A stretch of 64,000 nt of DNA from an uncultured Elusimicrobia bacterium. Its GTDB lineage: Bacteria > Elusimicrobiota > Endomicrobiia > DTEH01. This document shows positions 21,690 to 31,590 of this stretch, in pieces. Location: NCBI GenBank assembly GCA_964561135.1, contig CAZLOB010000022.1:5718-69717 (forward strand), read 5' to 3'. The translations under genes were made by a program, and so were the position numbers. Below the pieces are notes generated by a model that saw nothing but the letters and a program-made list of their open reading frames with translations, was not told the DNA's origin and ran no database searches. How positions within the stretch are numbered: the first letter of the stretch is position 1; each line of letters starts with the position of its first letter.

Positions 21690-23411
21690 ATGAAAAAGAA
21701 AGTTGTTAAGACAGGTGCTGAAATTTTTGTTGAAACCTTAGAAAAAGAAGGTGTAGAAATAATGTTTGGTATTCCAGGTGGTGCAGTGTTACCTATTTTT
21801 GACAGGTTATACGATTCAAAAAAAATAAAATTTGTATTAACTCGGCATGAACAAGCTGCTGCACACATGGCAGACGGGTACGCACGTGCTACTGGCAAAG
21901 TAGGTGTATGTATTGCTACTTCTGGACCTGGTGCTACAAATCTTACCACAGGTATTGCTACTGCATATATGGATTCTGTACCAATAGTAGCGTTTACAGG
22001 GCAAGTTGCGACACATCTTATTGGGAATGATGCGTTCCAAGAAGCGGATACAACCGGTATCACAAGACCTATAACAAAACATAATTATTTAGTAAAAGAT
22101 GTGAAAGAATTAGCAAGAACTATAAGAGAAGCATTTTATATTGCATCTACAGGACGGCCCGGACCTGTGTTAATCGACTTACCTGTAGATGTACAACGTG
22201 CAACAACTGAATTTATTTGGCCAACAGAAATTGAAATACCATCATATAAACCAACTTACAAAGGTCATCCTCTACAAATAAAAAAGCTTGCAGAAGCAAT
22301 TAATTCTGCAAAAAGGCCTGTATTGTATGTAGGAGGTGGTGTTGTAATTTCTAACGCTTGTGATGAACTAAAACGTCTTGCTGAACTGTGTCAAATACCT
22401 GTTACTACAACACTTATGGCTATTGGCAGTTTTCCACCAAACCATGAACTTTATTTAGGTATGCTTGGTATGCACGGTACTGTATATGCAAATTTAAGTA
22501 TGCAAAATGCTGACCTAATTATTGCTGTGGGTGCAAGGTTTGATGATAGATGTACAGGTAAACTTGCTGCATTTGCTCCTAAAGCAAATCATATTGCACA
22601 TGTTGATATTGACCCTACAAGTATTTCTAAAAATGTTGTAGCTGATATTCCCGTTGTAGGTGATTGTAAGACAGTACTACAAGACTTGTTAAAGCTTGTA
22701 AAACCTAAAAAACATACTGAATGGTTAAAGCAAATTGAAGAATGGAAAAAGAAATATCCTTTAACTTATAAAAACGACGAAAAATTAAGACCACAATATA
22801 TAATTGAAGAAATTTCAAAATTAACAAAAGGTGATGCAATCCTTGTAACAGAAGTAGGTCAACACCAGATGTGGTCTGCACAATATTATAAACCAAACGG
22901 GCCAAGAAAATTTTTGTCATCAGGTGGGTTAGGGACCATGGGTTTTGGATTCCCAGCAGGTATTGGAGCAAAGTTTGGTAAACCTGATCAAACAGTTATA
23001 GTTATTGCAGGCGATGGTTCGTTCCAAATGAACATACAAGAATTATCCACTGCCGTGGTTAACAAAATTAATATTATTGTTTGTATAATGAACAATGGAT
23101 ATTTAGGTATGGTTCGTCAATGGCAAGAATTGTTTTATAACAAAAGATATTCACAAATATATTTATGTACAAGGAAGTCAGGCAAACTAACCTGCGAACC
23201 AATACCTGATTTTGTAGAAGTTGCAAAAGCGTATAAAGCTGAAGGATTTAGAGTAACTAAAAAAGAAGAAGTTGTGCCAACATTAAAAAAAGCTTTTGAA
23301 ATAAAAGATAAACCTGTGATAATCGATTTTTGGATTGAACCAGAAGAAAATGTATTCCCTATGGTTCCTGCAGGCGCGTCATTAGATGAAGTTATTACAA
23401 GCCTAGCATAA
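21690..23411 (+). CDS. ilvB: acetolactate synthase large (catalytic) subunit
   Basis: ThDP enzyme, 573 aa, motifs GIPGGA and GDGSFQMN. RBS AAGGAG at 21672-21677. Confidence 0.9.
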   Translation: MKKKVVKTGAEIFVETLEKEGVEIMFGIPGGAVLPIFDRLYDSKKIKFVLTRHEQAAAHMADGYARATGKVGVCIATSGPGATNLTTGIATAYMDSVPIVAFTGQVATHLIGNDAFQEADTTGITRPITKHNYLVKDVKELARTIREAFYIASTGRPGPVLIDLPVDVQRATTEFIWPTEIEIPSYKPTYKGHPLQIKKLAEAINSAKRPVLYVGGGVVISNACDELKRLAELCQIPVTTTLMAIGSFPPNHELYLGMLGMHGTVYANLSMQNADLIIAVGARFDDRCTGKLAAFAPKANHIAHVDIDPTSISKNVVADIPVVGDCKTVLQDLLKLVKPKKHTEWLKQIEEWKKKYPLTYKNDEKLRPQYIIEEISKLTKGDAILVTEVGQHQMWSAQYYKPNGPRKFLSSGGLGTMGFGFPAGIGAKFGKPDQTVIVIAGDGSFQMNIQELSTAVVNKINIIVCIMNNGYLGMVRQWQELFYNKRYSQIYLCTRKSGKLTCEPIPDFVEVAKAYKAEGFRVTKKEEVVPTLKKAFEIKDKPVIIDFWIEPEENVFPMVPAGASLDEVITSLA

Positions 23412-23423
23412 AAAGGAGGTTAA

Positions 23424-24374
23424 ATGTACACAAATCTTATTGATGGTAACAAAATTGCCCAAAGGATAAAAGATGAAATTGTTCAACAATTGAACGAAAT
23501 AAAAACAAAATTTTCTTTAATACCAAAAGTTGTTTCAATTATTGTTGGTGAAAACCCTGCTACAAAAGTATATGTAAACACACAATGTAAAATTTGTCAA
23601 GAACTCGGTATTAATATTGAAATATTATCGTTACAGTCAGATATAACTGAGAAAGAACTTGAACAAAGAATTGAAGAACTTAACAACGATAAAAATGTTA
23701 ATGCTATAATGCTTAATTTGCCACTTCCACAACATCTAAATCCAAGAAAATTACAAAACAAAATTTCGTCATCAAAAGATATTGAAGGAGTTACTGCAGA
23801 AAATTTAGGTAAACTTTTTTATGCAGAAACGCCTCCTGTCGTTGCACCATGTACAGCATTAGCTGTTATAGAATGTTTAAAAGAGACAAAAATTGAGCTT
23901 AAAGGTAAAGAAGTTGTTATTGTTGGACATTCAGAAATTGTTGGAAAACCAGTACTTATTTTGCTTCTTTCATCACTTTTTAACTCACCAACACCTACTG
24001 TCTGCCATATCGCAACAAAAAATCTTGCTGAACACACAAAAAATGCTGATGTTTTAATTGTAGCTGTTGGGAAGCCTAACTTGATTACTGCAGACATGGT
24101 AAAAGAAGGTGTGGTTGTAATAGATGTTGGTATAAATAAAGTAAAAATCTTGGATGAAAACGGTAAAGAAGTTATTGATGAAAAAACTGGAAAACCAAAA
24201 ACAAAAATTGTTGGTGATGTAGATTTTGAAAATGTATCAAAAAAGGCTTTGTTTATAACACCTGTACCTGGTGGTGTCGGTCCTGTAACTTCTTGTATTT
24301 TAGTAAAAAATTTAGTAAATTTAATAAAATTACAACTTGGATTACCTGTAGAAGGATACAAAATTTTTAATTAA
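23424..24374 (+). CDS. folD: bifunctional 5,10-methylene-THF dehydrogenase / methenyl-THF cyclohydrolase
   Basis: FolD motifs (VGENPATKVYV, PVPGGVGPVT) with a roughly 30-aa insertion. RBS AAGGAGGT at 23413-23420. Confidence 0.88.
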   Translation: MYTNLIDGNKIAQRIKDEIVQQLNEIKTKFSLIPKVVSIIVGENPATKVYVNTQCKICQELGINIEILSLQSDITEKELEQRIEELNNDKNVNAIMLNLPLPQHLNPRKLQNKISSSKDIEGVTAENLGKLFYAETPPVVAPCTALAVIECLKETKIELKGKEVVIVGHSEIVGKPVLILLLSSLFNSPTPTVCHIATKNLAEHTKNADVLIVAVGKPNLITADMVKEGVVVIDVGINKVKILDENGKEVIDEKTGKPKTKIVGDVDFENVSKKALFITPVPGGVGPVTSCILVKNLVNLIKLQLGLPVEGYKIFN

Positions 24375-24396
24375 ACTTGTAAACTTATAAAAAGCT

Positions 24397-25353
24397 ATGA
24401 ACTATGAACCTTATGTAGAAAAATGGTCTGCTGAAATAATTGAAGTTACAATAGGTGCAACAAGTCAGGATGGTGGTACAAGAAGTAAAGTTTTAAAAGT
24501 AGGTGGAGCAAAAACTTTACCTTTTTTAAATTTTGAAGGTGGTTCATCTAACAAACCGGCTGTCGTAGCTGAAGTTGTTGATTATTTACCTGAAGAGCTT
24601 TGGCCAATTTTCTATGAGAACTTAAAAGATATTGTATCTGATCCAATAAAATGGATAAAAGAAGTTGAAAAATTACAGCCTGATGCAATATGTATAAGAT
24701 TGTTATCATGCCATCCTGATATAAAAAACAATTCAGTTGATTATATTAAATCTTTTATACCTGAAGTTTTAAAAACAACTTCTTTACCACTTATAATTCT
24801 AGGTTGTGAACATATAGAACGTGATACAGAAATACTACCTGTTGTATGCGAACTTACAAAAGGGGAAAAAATTCTTGTAGGTATGGCAGTAAAAGAAAAC
24901 TATAAAACAATATCTTTATCAGCGTTTGCTTGTGGACATTCAGTAATTGCTCAAACACCACTTGATATAAATTTGGCTAAACAACTTAATATTTTAATAA
25001 ATGATGCTGGTGTCCCTCTCGACAGAATTGTTATGCATCATACAACTGGTGGGTTAGGCTATGGGTTTGAATATTGTTATTCTATTATGGAACGTTGTAG
25101 ACTTGCTGGCTTACAAGGTGATAGTGTAATGGCTACACCTATTATAAACCTTGTTGGAGAAGAAACTTGGAAAACAAAAGAAGCTAAAGCTACAGTTGAA
25201 GAAGAACCTCTCTGGGGAAATGATACAATAAAAAGGGGAATTATGTGGGAAACAACTACTGCGTTTGGTTACCTTCAAGCAGGAAGTGATATAGTTGTAT
25301 TAGTTCATCCTGAAAGTATTAAAAATGTGAAATCTTTTTTAAGTCAAACATAA
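24397..25353 (+). CDS. corrinoid iron-sulfur protein small subunit-like TIM-barrel protein (AcsD/CdhD delta-subunit family)
   Basis: Motifs remembered from AcsD/CdhD: GGTRS, LPFxxFEG, KENYK, PLDINLxKQLNIL, TTGGLGYGFEY, GIMWE, YLQAG. Identification is from recall and not searchable here. Confidence 0.55.
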   Translation: MNYEPYVEKWSAEIIEVTIGATSQDGGTRSKVLKVGGAKTLPFLNFEGGSSNKPAVVAEVVDYLPEELWPIFYENLKDIVSDPIKWIKEVEKLQPDAICIRLLSCHPDIKNNSVDYIKSFIPEVLKTTSLPLIILGCEHIERDTEILPVVCELTKGEKILVGMAVKENYKTISLSAFACGHSVIAQTPLDINLAKQLNILINDAGVPLDRIVMHHTTGGLGYGFEYCYSIMERCRLAGLQGDSVMATPIINLVGEETWKTKEAKATVEEEPLWGNDTIKRGIMWETTTAFGYLQAGSDIVVLVHPESIKNVKSFLSQT

Positions 25354-25381
25354 TAATAAAATCTCTTCTTTTCTAAACTTT

Positions 25382-26041
25382 ATGATAGATAAAAAATTTA
25401 TAAAGGGCATAATAGAAACACTAATTTTTATCGCAGATAAACCGTTAAGTATATCAAAGATTGTAGAACTTATCAACGAGCCCGAAGTTGATGAATCTGT
25501 CGTTAAAGAATTAATAACTGATTTGCAAACAGAATATATAAACCGTTCTGCAATAGAAATAAGAGAAGTTGCTGGTGGCTACCAGATGGCTACAAAACCT
25601 GAATTCTCAGAATATGTAAGAAGGTTATATCAAGATAGGACATTGTTAAGACTATCTCCTGCTGCTGTTGAAACATTAGCAATCATCGCTTATAAACAAC
25701 CTATAACAAAAGCAGAAATAGAAGAAATACGCGGTGTTGATTGTACAACTGTGTTAGAAACACTTCTTCAACGTAGACTTATAAAAATTGTTGGTAGAAA
25801 AGAAGTTGTTGGTAAACCGTTATTGTACGGTACGACACAAGAATTTTTAAAATATTTTGGGATAAACTCACTTAATGATCTACCACCTATTGAACAATTT
25901 GTTGAACAAGCAACACAAGAACAACTTCCAACTCAAGAAAATGTAGAAACTGTAGGTACAGAACCTACAATATCAATTTCGACAAGCGAAGTAACTGTTG
26001 ACCAAACGACATCTGCCCAAAATGATAAACAGCAAGAATAA
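25382..26041 (+). CDS. scpB: segregation and condensation protein B with extended Thr/Gln-rich C-terminal tail
   Basis: Two winged-helix ScpB repeats (LSPAAVETLAIIAYKQPITKAEIEEIRGV). 219 aa. Confidence 0.8.
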   Translation: MIDKKFIKGIIETLIFIADKPLSISKIVELINEPEVDESVVKELITDLQTEYINRSAIEIREVAGGYQMATKPEFSEYVRRLYQDRTLLRLSPAAVETLAIIAYKQPITKAEIEEIRGVDCTTVLETLLQRRLIKIVGRKEVVGKPLLYGTTQEFLKYFGINSLNDLPPIEQFVEQATQEQLPTQENVETVGTEPTISISTSEVTVDQTTSAQNDKQQE

Positions 26042-26981
26042 TTTAGGTATTTCAACTATTTACTTTTATAAAGAAATCGTTAAAAGAAGCATTAATTGGC
26101 AACAAATTAAAGAGAAATTGTACCAACTTGGTTTATCCGCTGTAGAACTTAACGCTGATGTACCTATTGAATGGTTTAAAGAAATACAAAAAGATGTAAA
26201 TGAAGGCGAAATAAGAATTCTTTCTTTACACAATTTTTGTCCTTCAGTAGAAAATATTCCTAAAGGAAAGTATGGTTTTAATGCATTTTCTTTAACATCT
26301 ACTGATGAAGAAGAACATAAACTTGCAATAAAGTATACATTAAGAACTATTGATTATGCACAAATTGTTAACAGTAATATCGTAGTAGTACATTTAGGCG
26401 AAATTGTGACACAACCTTCTTCAGACGAAGTATACAAAATTGCTAAAGAATTTGGACCCACTTCAGAAATTTATCAAAAATATAAACAATCACTAATATC
26501 CTCTCGGTTACAAAACAAACAAAAATATTTTGATTTGTTAAAAAAAACAATTGATATAATTCTACCTTATGCAGAAAGTAAAAAAGTTAGTATTTGTATA
26601 GAAACACGGTTTTTCCCTAACGAAATACCTAATTTTGAAGAGTTTGCTGAAATTTTTGAATGTTATAAAAATGATTATTTACGCTACTGGCACGATTTTG
26701 GACATGTAGAGATACAAACAATTTTTGATTTTGAAAAAGGACATAAAATATTTTTTGATACATATGGAAACTACTTATCTGGGTATCATATACATGGGGT
26801 AAAAAATTTTGTCGACCATTTTGTTCCATTACCAGAAACACAACCCGATTATAAAAAATTGTTAAACTATCAAGAAAACAAGATATATGTATTAGAAGTA
26901 CATCCAAAAGAAAGTTTTGATAATCTAATTAAAGGAGTAAAATATATAAAATCGTTACTTAACGGAGGACGAAATGCGTGA
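26022..26981 (+). CDS. sugar phosphate isomerase/epimerase (xylose isomerase-like TIM barrel) family protein
   Basis: AP_endonuc_2/XylA-like TIM-barrel features (VHLGE, ICIETRFF, HDFGH). Start ambiguous (25998 or 26022), both overlap the scpB 3' end. Confidence 0.6.
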   Translation: MINSKNNLGISTIYFYKEIVKRSINWQQIKEKLYQLGLSAVELNADVPIEWFKEIQKDVNEGEIRILSLHNFCPSVENIPKGKYGFNAFSLTSTDEEEHKLAIKYTLRTIDYAQIVNSNIVVVHLGEIVTQPSSDEVYKIAKEFGPTSEIYQKYKQSLISSRLQNKQKYFDLLKKTIDIILPYAESKKVSICIETRFFPNEIPNFEEFAEIFECYKNDYLRYWHDFGHVEIQTIFDFEKGHKIFFDTYGNYLSGYHIHGVKNFVDHFVPLPETQPDYKKLLNYQENKIYVLEVHPKESFDNLIKGVKYIKSLLNGGRNA

Positions 26982-27969
26982 ATTTCGTCGCGATCTTATA
27001 ACAGGTAGGTGGATAATAATATCCACAGAACGAGCAAAACGACCATTCGCTTTTGTTAAATACCCACGTGAAATTGACGATGTTGATACATGTCCATTTT
27101 GTTCGGGCAACGAAAAATTTACACCGCCGGAAATTGTTGCCTATAGACCACAAAATACGCAAAAAGATACTCCTGGGTGGCAAGTAAGAACCATACCAAA
27201 CAAGTATCCAGCATTACGTGTTGAAGGTGAAGTTATAAAATCTGCCTGTGGTATATACGATTGTATTACAGGTATAGGAGCTCATGAAGTTATTATAGAA
27301 ACGCCACACCATGATAAGGATATCTACCAACTTGAACTAAACAATATTATTGATATTTTTAGAATGTATAAAGAGAGGATTGAAGATCTTAAACGTGATA
27401 TAAGATTTGAATATATATTAGTATTTAAAAACTGTGGAAAAAATGCTGGTGCTACACTATCACACCCTCATTCACAACTTATTGCATTACCTATGATACC
27501 AATAATAATCCAACAAGAACTTGAAGGTGCCAAAAAATATTATGAATTTAAAGAACGATGTGTGTATTGTGACATAATTAACGAAGAATTAAAAACTAAC
27601 TTGCGTGTTGTAACAGAAAATGATGATTTTATAGCAATATGTCCGTATGCAAGTAGATTTCCGTTTGAAGTTTGGATTTTACCAAAACGACATGACCCTA
27701 TGTACGAAGATATACATTATAACGAACTTAAAAATTTAGCTTCTATTATGAAAATTATTAATAGGAAATTAAATCTAGCTTTAGAAAATCCACCGTATAA
27801 CTATTTACTTCACACTTCTCCTTTGAAACATTCTAATTTACATCATTATCATTGGCATATAGAAATTATTCCAATACTGACAGGAATAGGCGGATTTGAA
27901 TGGGGGACAGGGTTTTATATTAATCCTGTTGAACCAGAAGAAGCAACAAAGTTTCTACAACAAACATGA
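26974..27969 (+). CDS. galT: galactose-1-phosphate uridylyltransferase (HIT family, type 1 GalT-like)
   Basis: CPFCSGNE zinc motif, HPHSQLIALP active-site histidine motif, duplicated HIT-like halves. Confidence 0.8.
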   Translation: MREFRRDLITGRWIIISTERAKRPFAFVKYPREIDDVDTCPFCSGNEKFTPPEIVAYRPQNTQKDTPGWQVRTIPNKYPALRVEGEVIKSACGIYDCITGIGAHEVIIETPHHDKDIYQLELNNIIDIFRMYKERIEDLKRDIRFEYILVFKNCGKNAGATLSHPHSQLIALPMIPIIIQQELEGAKKYYEFKERCVYCDIINEELKTNLRVVTENDDFIAICPYASRFPFEVWILPKRHDPMYEDIHYNELKNLASIMKIINRKLNLALENPPYNYLLHTSPLKHSNLHHYHWHIEIIPILTGIGGFEWGTGFYINPVEPEEATKFLQQT

Positions 27970-30149
27970 GCCAAGAAAAAAATCTTATTGACCAACTACT
28001 GAGAACTTTTAAAATGACAATAATAAATATAAAAATTTACCCTATTAACAACCCGTTGATAGAAAAACAGATTTCTGAACTATTTGCTGTTTTAAAACAA
28101 ATTTTGCAAAAAGAAACAATTTTAACAATCTCAGAAATCGATAATAAAATATTTATAAACGACAAAGAGTATTTAGGGAAAGATCCTACATCTATTGCAA
28201 ACATAACTTCTATTACACAATTTTTTTTACAAACAGGGATTAAAAGTATAACTTTTAAAAAAGAAATTGAGTTAGACGAACTTAAAAACTTACTTTTAGC
28301 AATGTCTATCAAAAAACCTAAAGTATCAACCAAAGAAATTGTTAACCAGATAATTAAAGAAAAAAATATAAAAAATATTGCTATTGATGAAATTGAATAT
28401 ATTACAATAACAAAATCTGACCAAACAGCAAAATCAATCTTAAATCTTATTTCACAACCTGTATCAAATTTGTCAGAACTTATCAACATATTAGGAACAA
28501 GTTTTAATGAACTTGATAAAATCAAAGATGAAAAAACTAAAAAAAATCTTACTGACGCTATTGTAAAATACTTGTCATCATTGGATATTAATCTTATAAA
28601 AGAGTTGTTTATTCAACCATTACCACAAAAAATTGAACAAACCGGTATCAAACAATTGTTGTTTAATAAACTAACGAAACAAACTGTTGAAGAAATTTTT
28701 AACGAAATAATATCTTGGTGTAAACAACTAAAATCAAAAGTTGAAAGTGAAACTGAATATATTGAACAACTACAAAATTTGAAAGAGTTTATAAAACTTG
28801 TAATAAACTCGCCTGTAAGTAAACTTGTGCCGATAGAAGTTTTTGAAGAATTGTTTAAAATAGGACTTATTGACGCACTACCTGAATGGATATTAGAACA
28901 AAAAAAAGAAAAAAAATCGTGGATTGCACAACTTGACGAGTTGTTGTCCACTAACGAACCAGTAAAATTGTTACAAGAAAAATTTTTAGATAATTTACAA
29001 GAGAATATAGAAAAGTTATGTTTAATTGGTCTTGACGATAAACTTGATAGATTAGTATATTTAATGACAGAAAATTTTTCAAATCCTATAGTGAAACTTA
29101 GACAACTCGCAGCATCTACTACTGAAAATATTGCGAAACAGTTAACAAAGTTTCAAAAAGGAAAAATTGCAAAAAATCTTGTAAGCAACATTTTAAAATT
29201 TTTAATAAAAGAACAAGATGAAACTGTAGTTAAATTACAAATACAAGCCCTTGAACACTCATTGTGTTGTTTAATAATCAATGATGACTATAAATCGTTT
29301 GTTGAATATTCACAACAATTATTACAATTTGCTGAAGAACTCATAAAAGTTAATCCTGAAAAATCAAAGTTAATTTATTTTTTACTTGATAAAGTTTATC
29401 AACAAACTAAAGATTTTATATTATCAGATTTAGCAGATCCTAAAGACAACCTTAATGAAATTATATGGTTTTTAACTTATGTAGCAGAACAATCTATTGA
29501 TATTTTGTTGTCTGCAATCATGAATACAAACAACATAAATATAACCAATATTTTAGTAAAAGTTCTGTTATCATTAAAAGATCAAAAACAAGTAATAGAT
29601 TCTATTGAACAACTTATTGTGCCTCAAACTCCTGTATATAAACTTAGCAAAATTTTAGAAATACTACCAAAATTTGACTATGATTTTTCTAATTCACTAA
29701 GAAATCTTTATAATTACACAAACTATGCTAACAAAATCGCTATATTAAATTATATCCAAGAAAGACCTACAGAAGAAAACCTACAATGGCTTACATCTTT
29801 ATTAACGATAGAAGACCCTCAAATACTTCAGTATATTATTGACATACTAACATTTTTAGATTACAAACCCGCTGCAGAAAAAATTATTAAATTGTTAAAA
29901 ATGAAAGATATAGATGTTAAAAAACGTGTGTGTATATCTGTTGGTATGCTGAAATATATTGGCGCAATAAAAAAACTTAAAAAAATACTTAAATCAAAAA
30001 AAGAAAATATAGATGTACGTATAGCAGCATGTTGGTCATTAGGTAATTTTATAACTTTACCAGAAGTAAAATCTTATTTACAGAATGTTGCCAAAAAAAT
30101 AAAAGAACCTACAATTTTAAATGTAATACAAGAAATACTAAACAAATAA
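27966..30149 (+). CDS. large HEAT/ARM-type alpha-helical repeat protein of unknown function
   Basis: 727 aa, all-alpha, C-terminal PBS-lyase-type HEAT repeats (DVKKRVCISVGMLKYIGAIKKL, DVRIAACWSLGNF). ATGA overlap with galT. Confidence 0.55.
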   Translation: MSQEKNLIDQLLRTFKMTIINIKIYPINNPLIEKQISELFAVLKQILQKETILTISEIDNKIFINDKEYLGKDPTSIANITSITQFFLQTGIKSITFKKEIELDELKNLLLAMSIKKPKVSTKEIVNQIIKEKNIKNIAIDEIEYITITKSDQTAKSILNLISQPVSNLSELINILGTSFNELDKIKDEKTKKNLTDAIVKYLSSLDINLIKELFIQPLPQKIEQTGIKQLLFNKLTKQTVEEIFNEIISWCKQLKSKVESETEYIEQLQNLKEFIKLVINSPVSKLVPIEVFEELFKIGLIDALPEWILEQKKEKKSWIAQLDELLSTNEPVKLLQEKFLDNLQENIEKLCLIGLDDKLDRLVYLMTENFSNPIVKLRQLAASTTENIAKQLTKFQKGKIAKNLVSNILKFLIKEQDETVVKLQIQALEHSLCCLIINDDYKSFVEYSQQLLQFAEELIKVNPEKSKLIYFLLDKVYQQTKDFILSDLADPKDNLNEIIWFLTYVAEQSIDILLSAIMNTNNINITNILVKVLLSLKDQKQVIDSIEQLIVPQTPVYKLSKILEILPKFDYDFSNSLRNLYNYTNYANKIAILNYIQERPTEENLQWLTSLLTIEDPQILQYIIDILTFLDYKPAAEKIIKLLKMKDIDVKKRVCISVGMLKYIGAIKKLKKILKSKKENIDVRIAACWSLGNFITLPEVKSYLQNVAKKIKEPTILNVIQEILNK

Positions 30150-30150
30150 A

Positions 30151-30699
30151 ATGTTAAAAATTTTGTTGTTAATTTATATATTTTACAACTACATCTTCTC
30201 TCAACAAAATACCAACTTGATACAAAACAAATTCATTGATTTTGAGCTTCCATCTATATCAACATACAATATAAAACTGTCAGATCTTGTAGGTAAAAAA
30301 CTTATTTTATTAAACTTTTGGACAACATGGTGCCCATATTGTAAACAAGAAATTCCACGTCTTATAACACTCGCTAATAAATATAAAGATAAAAATTTAG
30401 AAATAATTGGAATCAATATTCGTGAACCAGAAAAAATGGTTAAAAAGTTTGCAGAAAATAAACAAATAAATTATACAATTGTATTAGATACAGCAGCAGT
30501 AGTTGCAAAAAAATACAATATCAAAGGAATACCAACAAATTTTATTATAAACAAAGAAGGGAATATAGTTTTTGTAGGGCCCTTACTACCTACCGAAGAA
30601 ATTATAATTAAAAATTTAATTGAGTTTGAGAAAAAAGAAGTAGAAACAAATAAAAAGAGAAAAAAAAGATTAAAGGGAAAAACCAAGATTGTCTATTAA
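30151..30699 (+). CDS. TlpA-like periplasmic thiol:disulfide oxidoreductase (thioredoxin fold)
   Basis: Signal/TM then WTTWCPYCKQE active site. 182 aa. K-rich C-terminus. Confidence 0.8.
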   Translation: MLKILLLIYIFYNYIFSQQNTNLIQNKFIDFELPSISTYNIKLSDLVGKKLILLNFWTTWCPYCKQEIPRLITLANKYKDKNLEIIGINIREPEKMVKKFAENKQINYTIVLDTAAVVAKKYNIKGIPTNFIINKEGNIVFVGPLLPTEEIIIKNLIEFEKKEVETNKKRKKRLKGKTKIVY

Positions 30700-31590
30700 T
30701 CGTGTAGAACCTAAATACATTGCAACAAAAATTCTTAATTTCTTTCCTTTAGGTATTTTTGAAATTCTGTCATCTATTGGAAACAAATCTTCATCATAAA
30801 CTTCAAAATATTGTATTTTATGTCTTACTCCAACTAATAGATTGCGCAAATATTTTTTTGATACTTCTATACATTTTTTTATACTATCATATCTTCTTTC
30901 AGAGATCAGATCTTTGCAATATAGAAGAGATTTATATATAGAAGATGCTACTTTTCTTTCTATTTTTGTAAGATAAGTGTTCCTACTTGAACACGCAAGA
31001 CCGTCTTCTTCACGAACTGTACCCACAGGAATTATTTCTATATCAAAATTTAAATCTTTAACCATTTGTTGGATTATCTTTAATTGTTGATAGTCTTTTT
31101 CACCAAAATATGCTCTGTGTGGTTTAACAATGTTAAACAATTTTGTCACTACAGTACAAACACCTCTAAAATGTCCGGGCCTGTACTTACCACAAAGAAT
31201 GTCTTGTAGCTTTTCTACTTCTACAAAAGTAAGAATTCTTTTTTCATTATCATCTTTGGACTTTAAACTTTGAACTAACTTTTTACTTACAGGGTACATC
31301 TCATTAACTTCTGGGTAAAAAACATAATCAACATTGTTTTCTCTACAAATTTTTAAATCTTGTTTAATAGGTCTTGGATATTTTTTATAATCTTCTTTAG
31401 GCCCAAATTGTATAGGATTAACAAAAATTGAAACCACAACAACATCATTTTCTCTTTTTGCTTTTTTAATAAGTTCCAAATGCCCTTTATGTAATGCACC
31501 CATTGTTGGAACAAAACCTATTATTTTATTTTGCTTGCGTAAAAAATCAGCAATTTTTTGCATCTGTTTTATTTTTTTTATAACTTTCAT
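30670..31590 (-). CDS. panC: pantoate--beta-alanine ligase
   Basis: PTMGALHKGH and vicinity, cytidylyltransferase-like fold. 306 aa. 3' end overlaps the 3' end of the convergent tlpA-like gene by 30 nt. Confidence 0.88.
   Translation of the reverse strand: MKVIKKIKQMQKIADFLRKQNKIIGFVPTMGALHKGHLELIKKAKRENDVVVVSIFVNPIQFGPKEDYKKYPRPIKQDLKICRENNVDYVFYPEVNEMYPVSKKLVQSLKSKDDNEKRILTFVEVEKLQDILCGKYRPGHFRGVCTVVTKLFNIVKPHRAYFGEKDYQQLKIIQQMVKDLNFDIEIIPVGTVREEDGLACSSRNTYLTKIERKVASSIYKSLLYCKDLISERRYDSIKKCIEVSKKYLRNLLVGVRHKIQYFEVYDEDLFPIDDRISKIPKGKKLRIFVAMYLGSTRLIDNLGFSL

Noticed and set aside
23819-24361. 180-aa antisense ORF inside folD
   Set aside because: Embedded in a confidently identified gene on the other strand, low-complexity, no start context.
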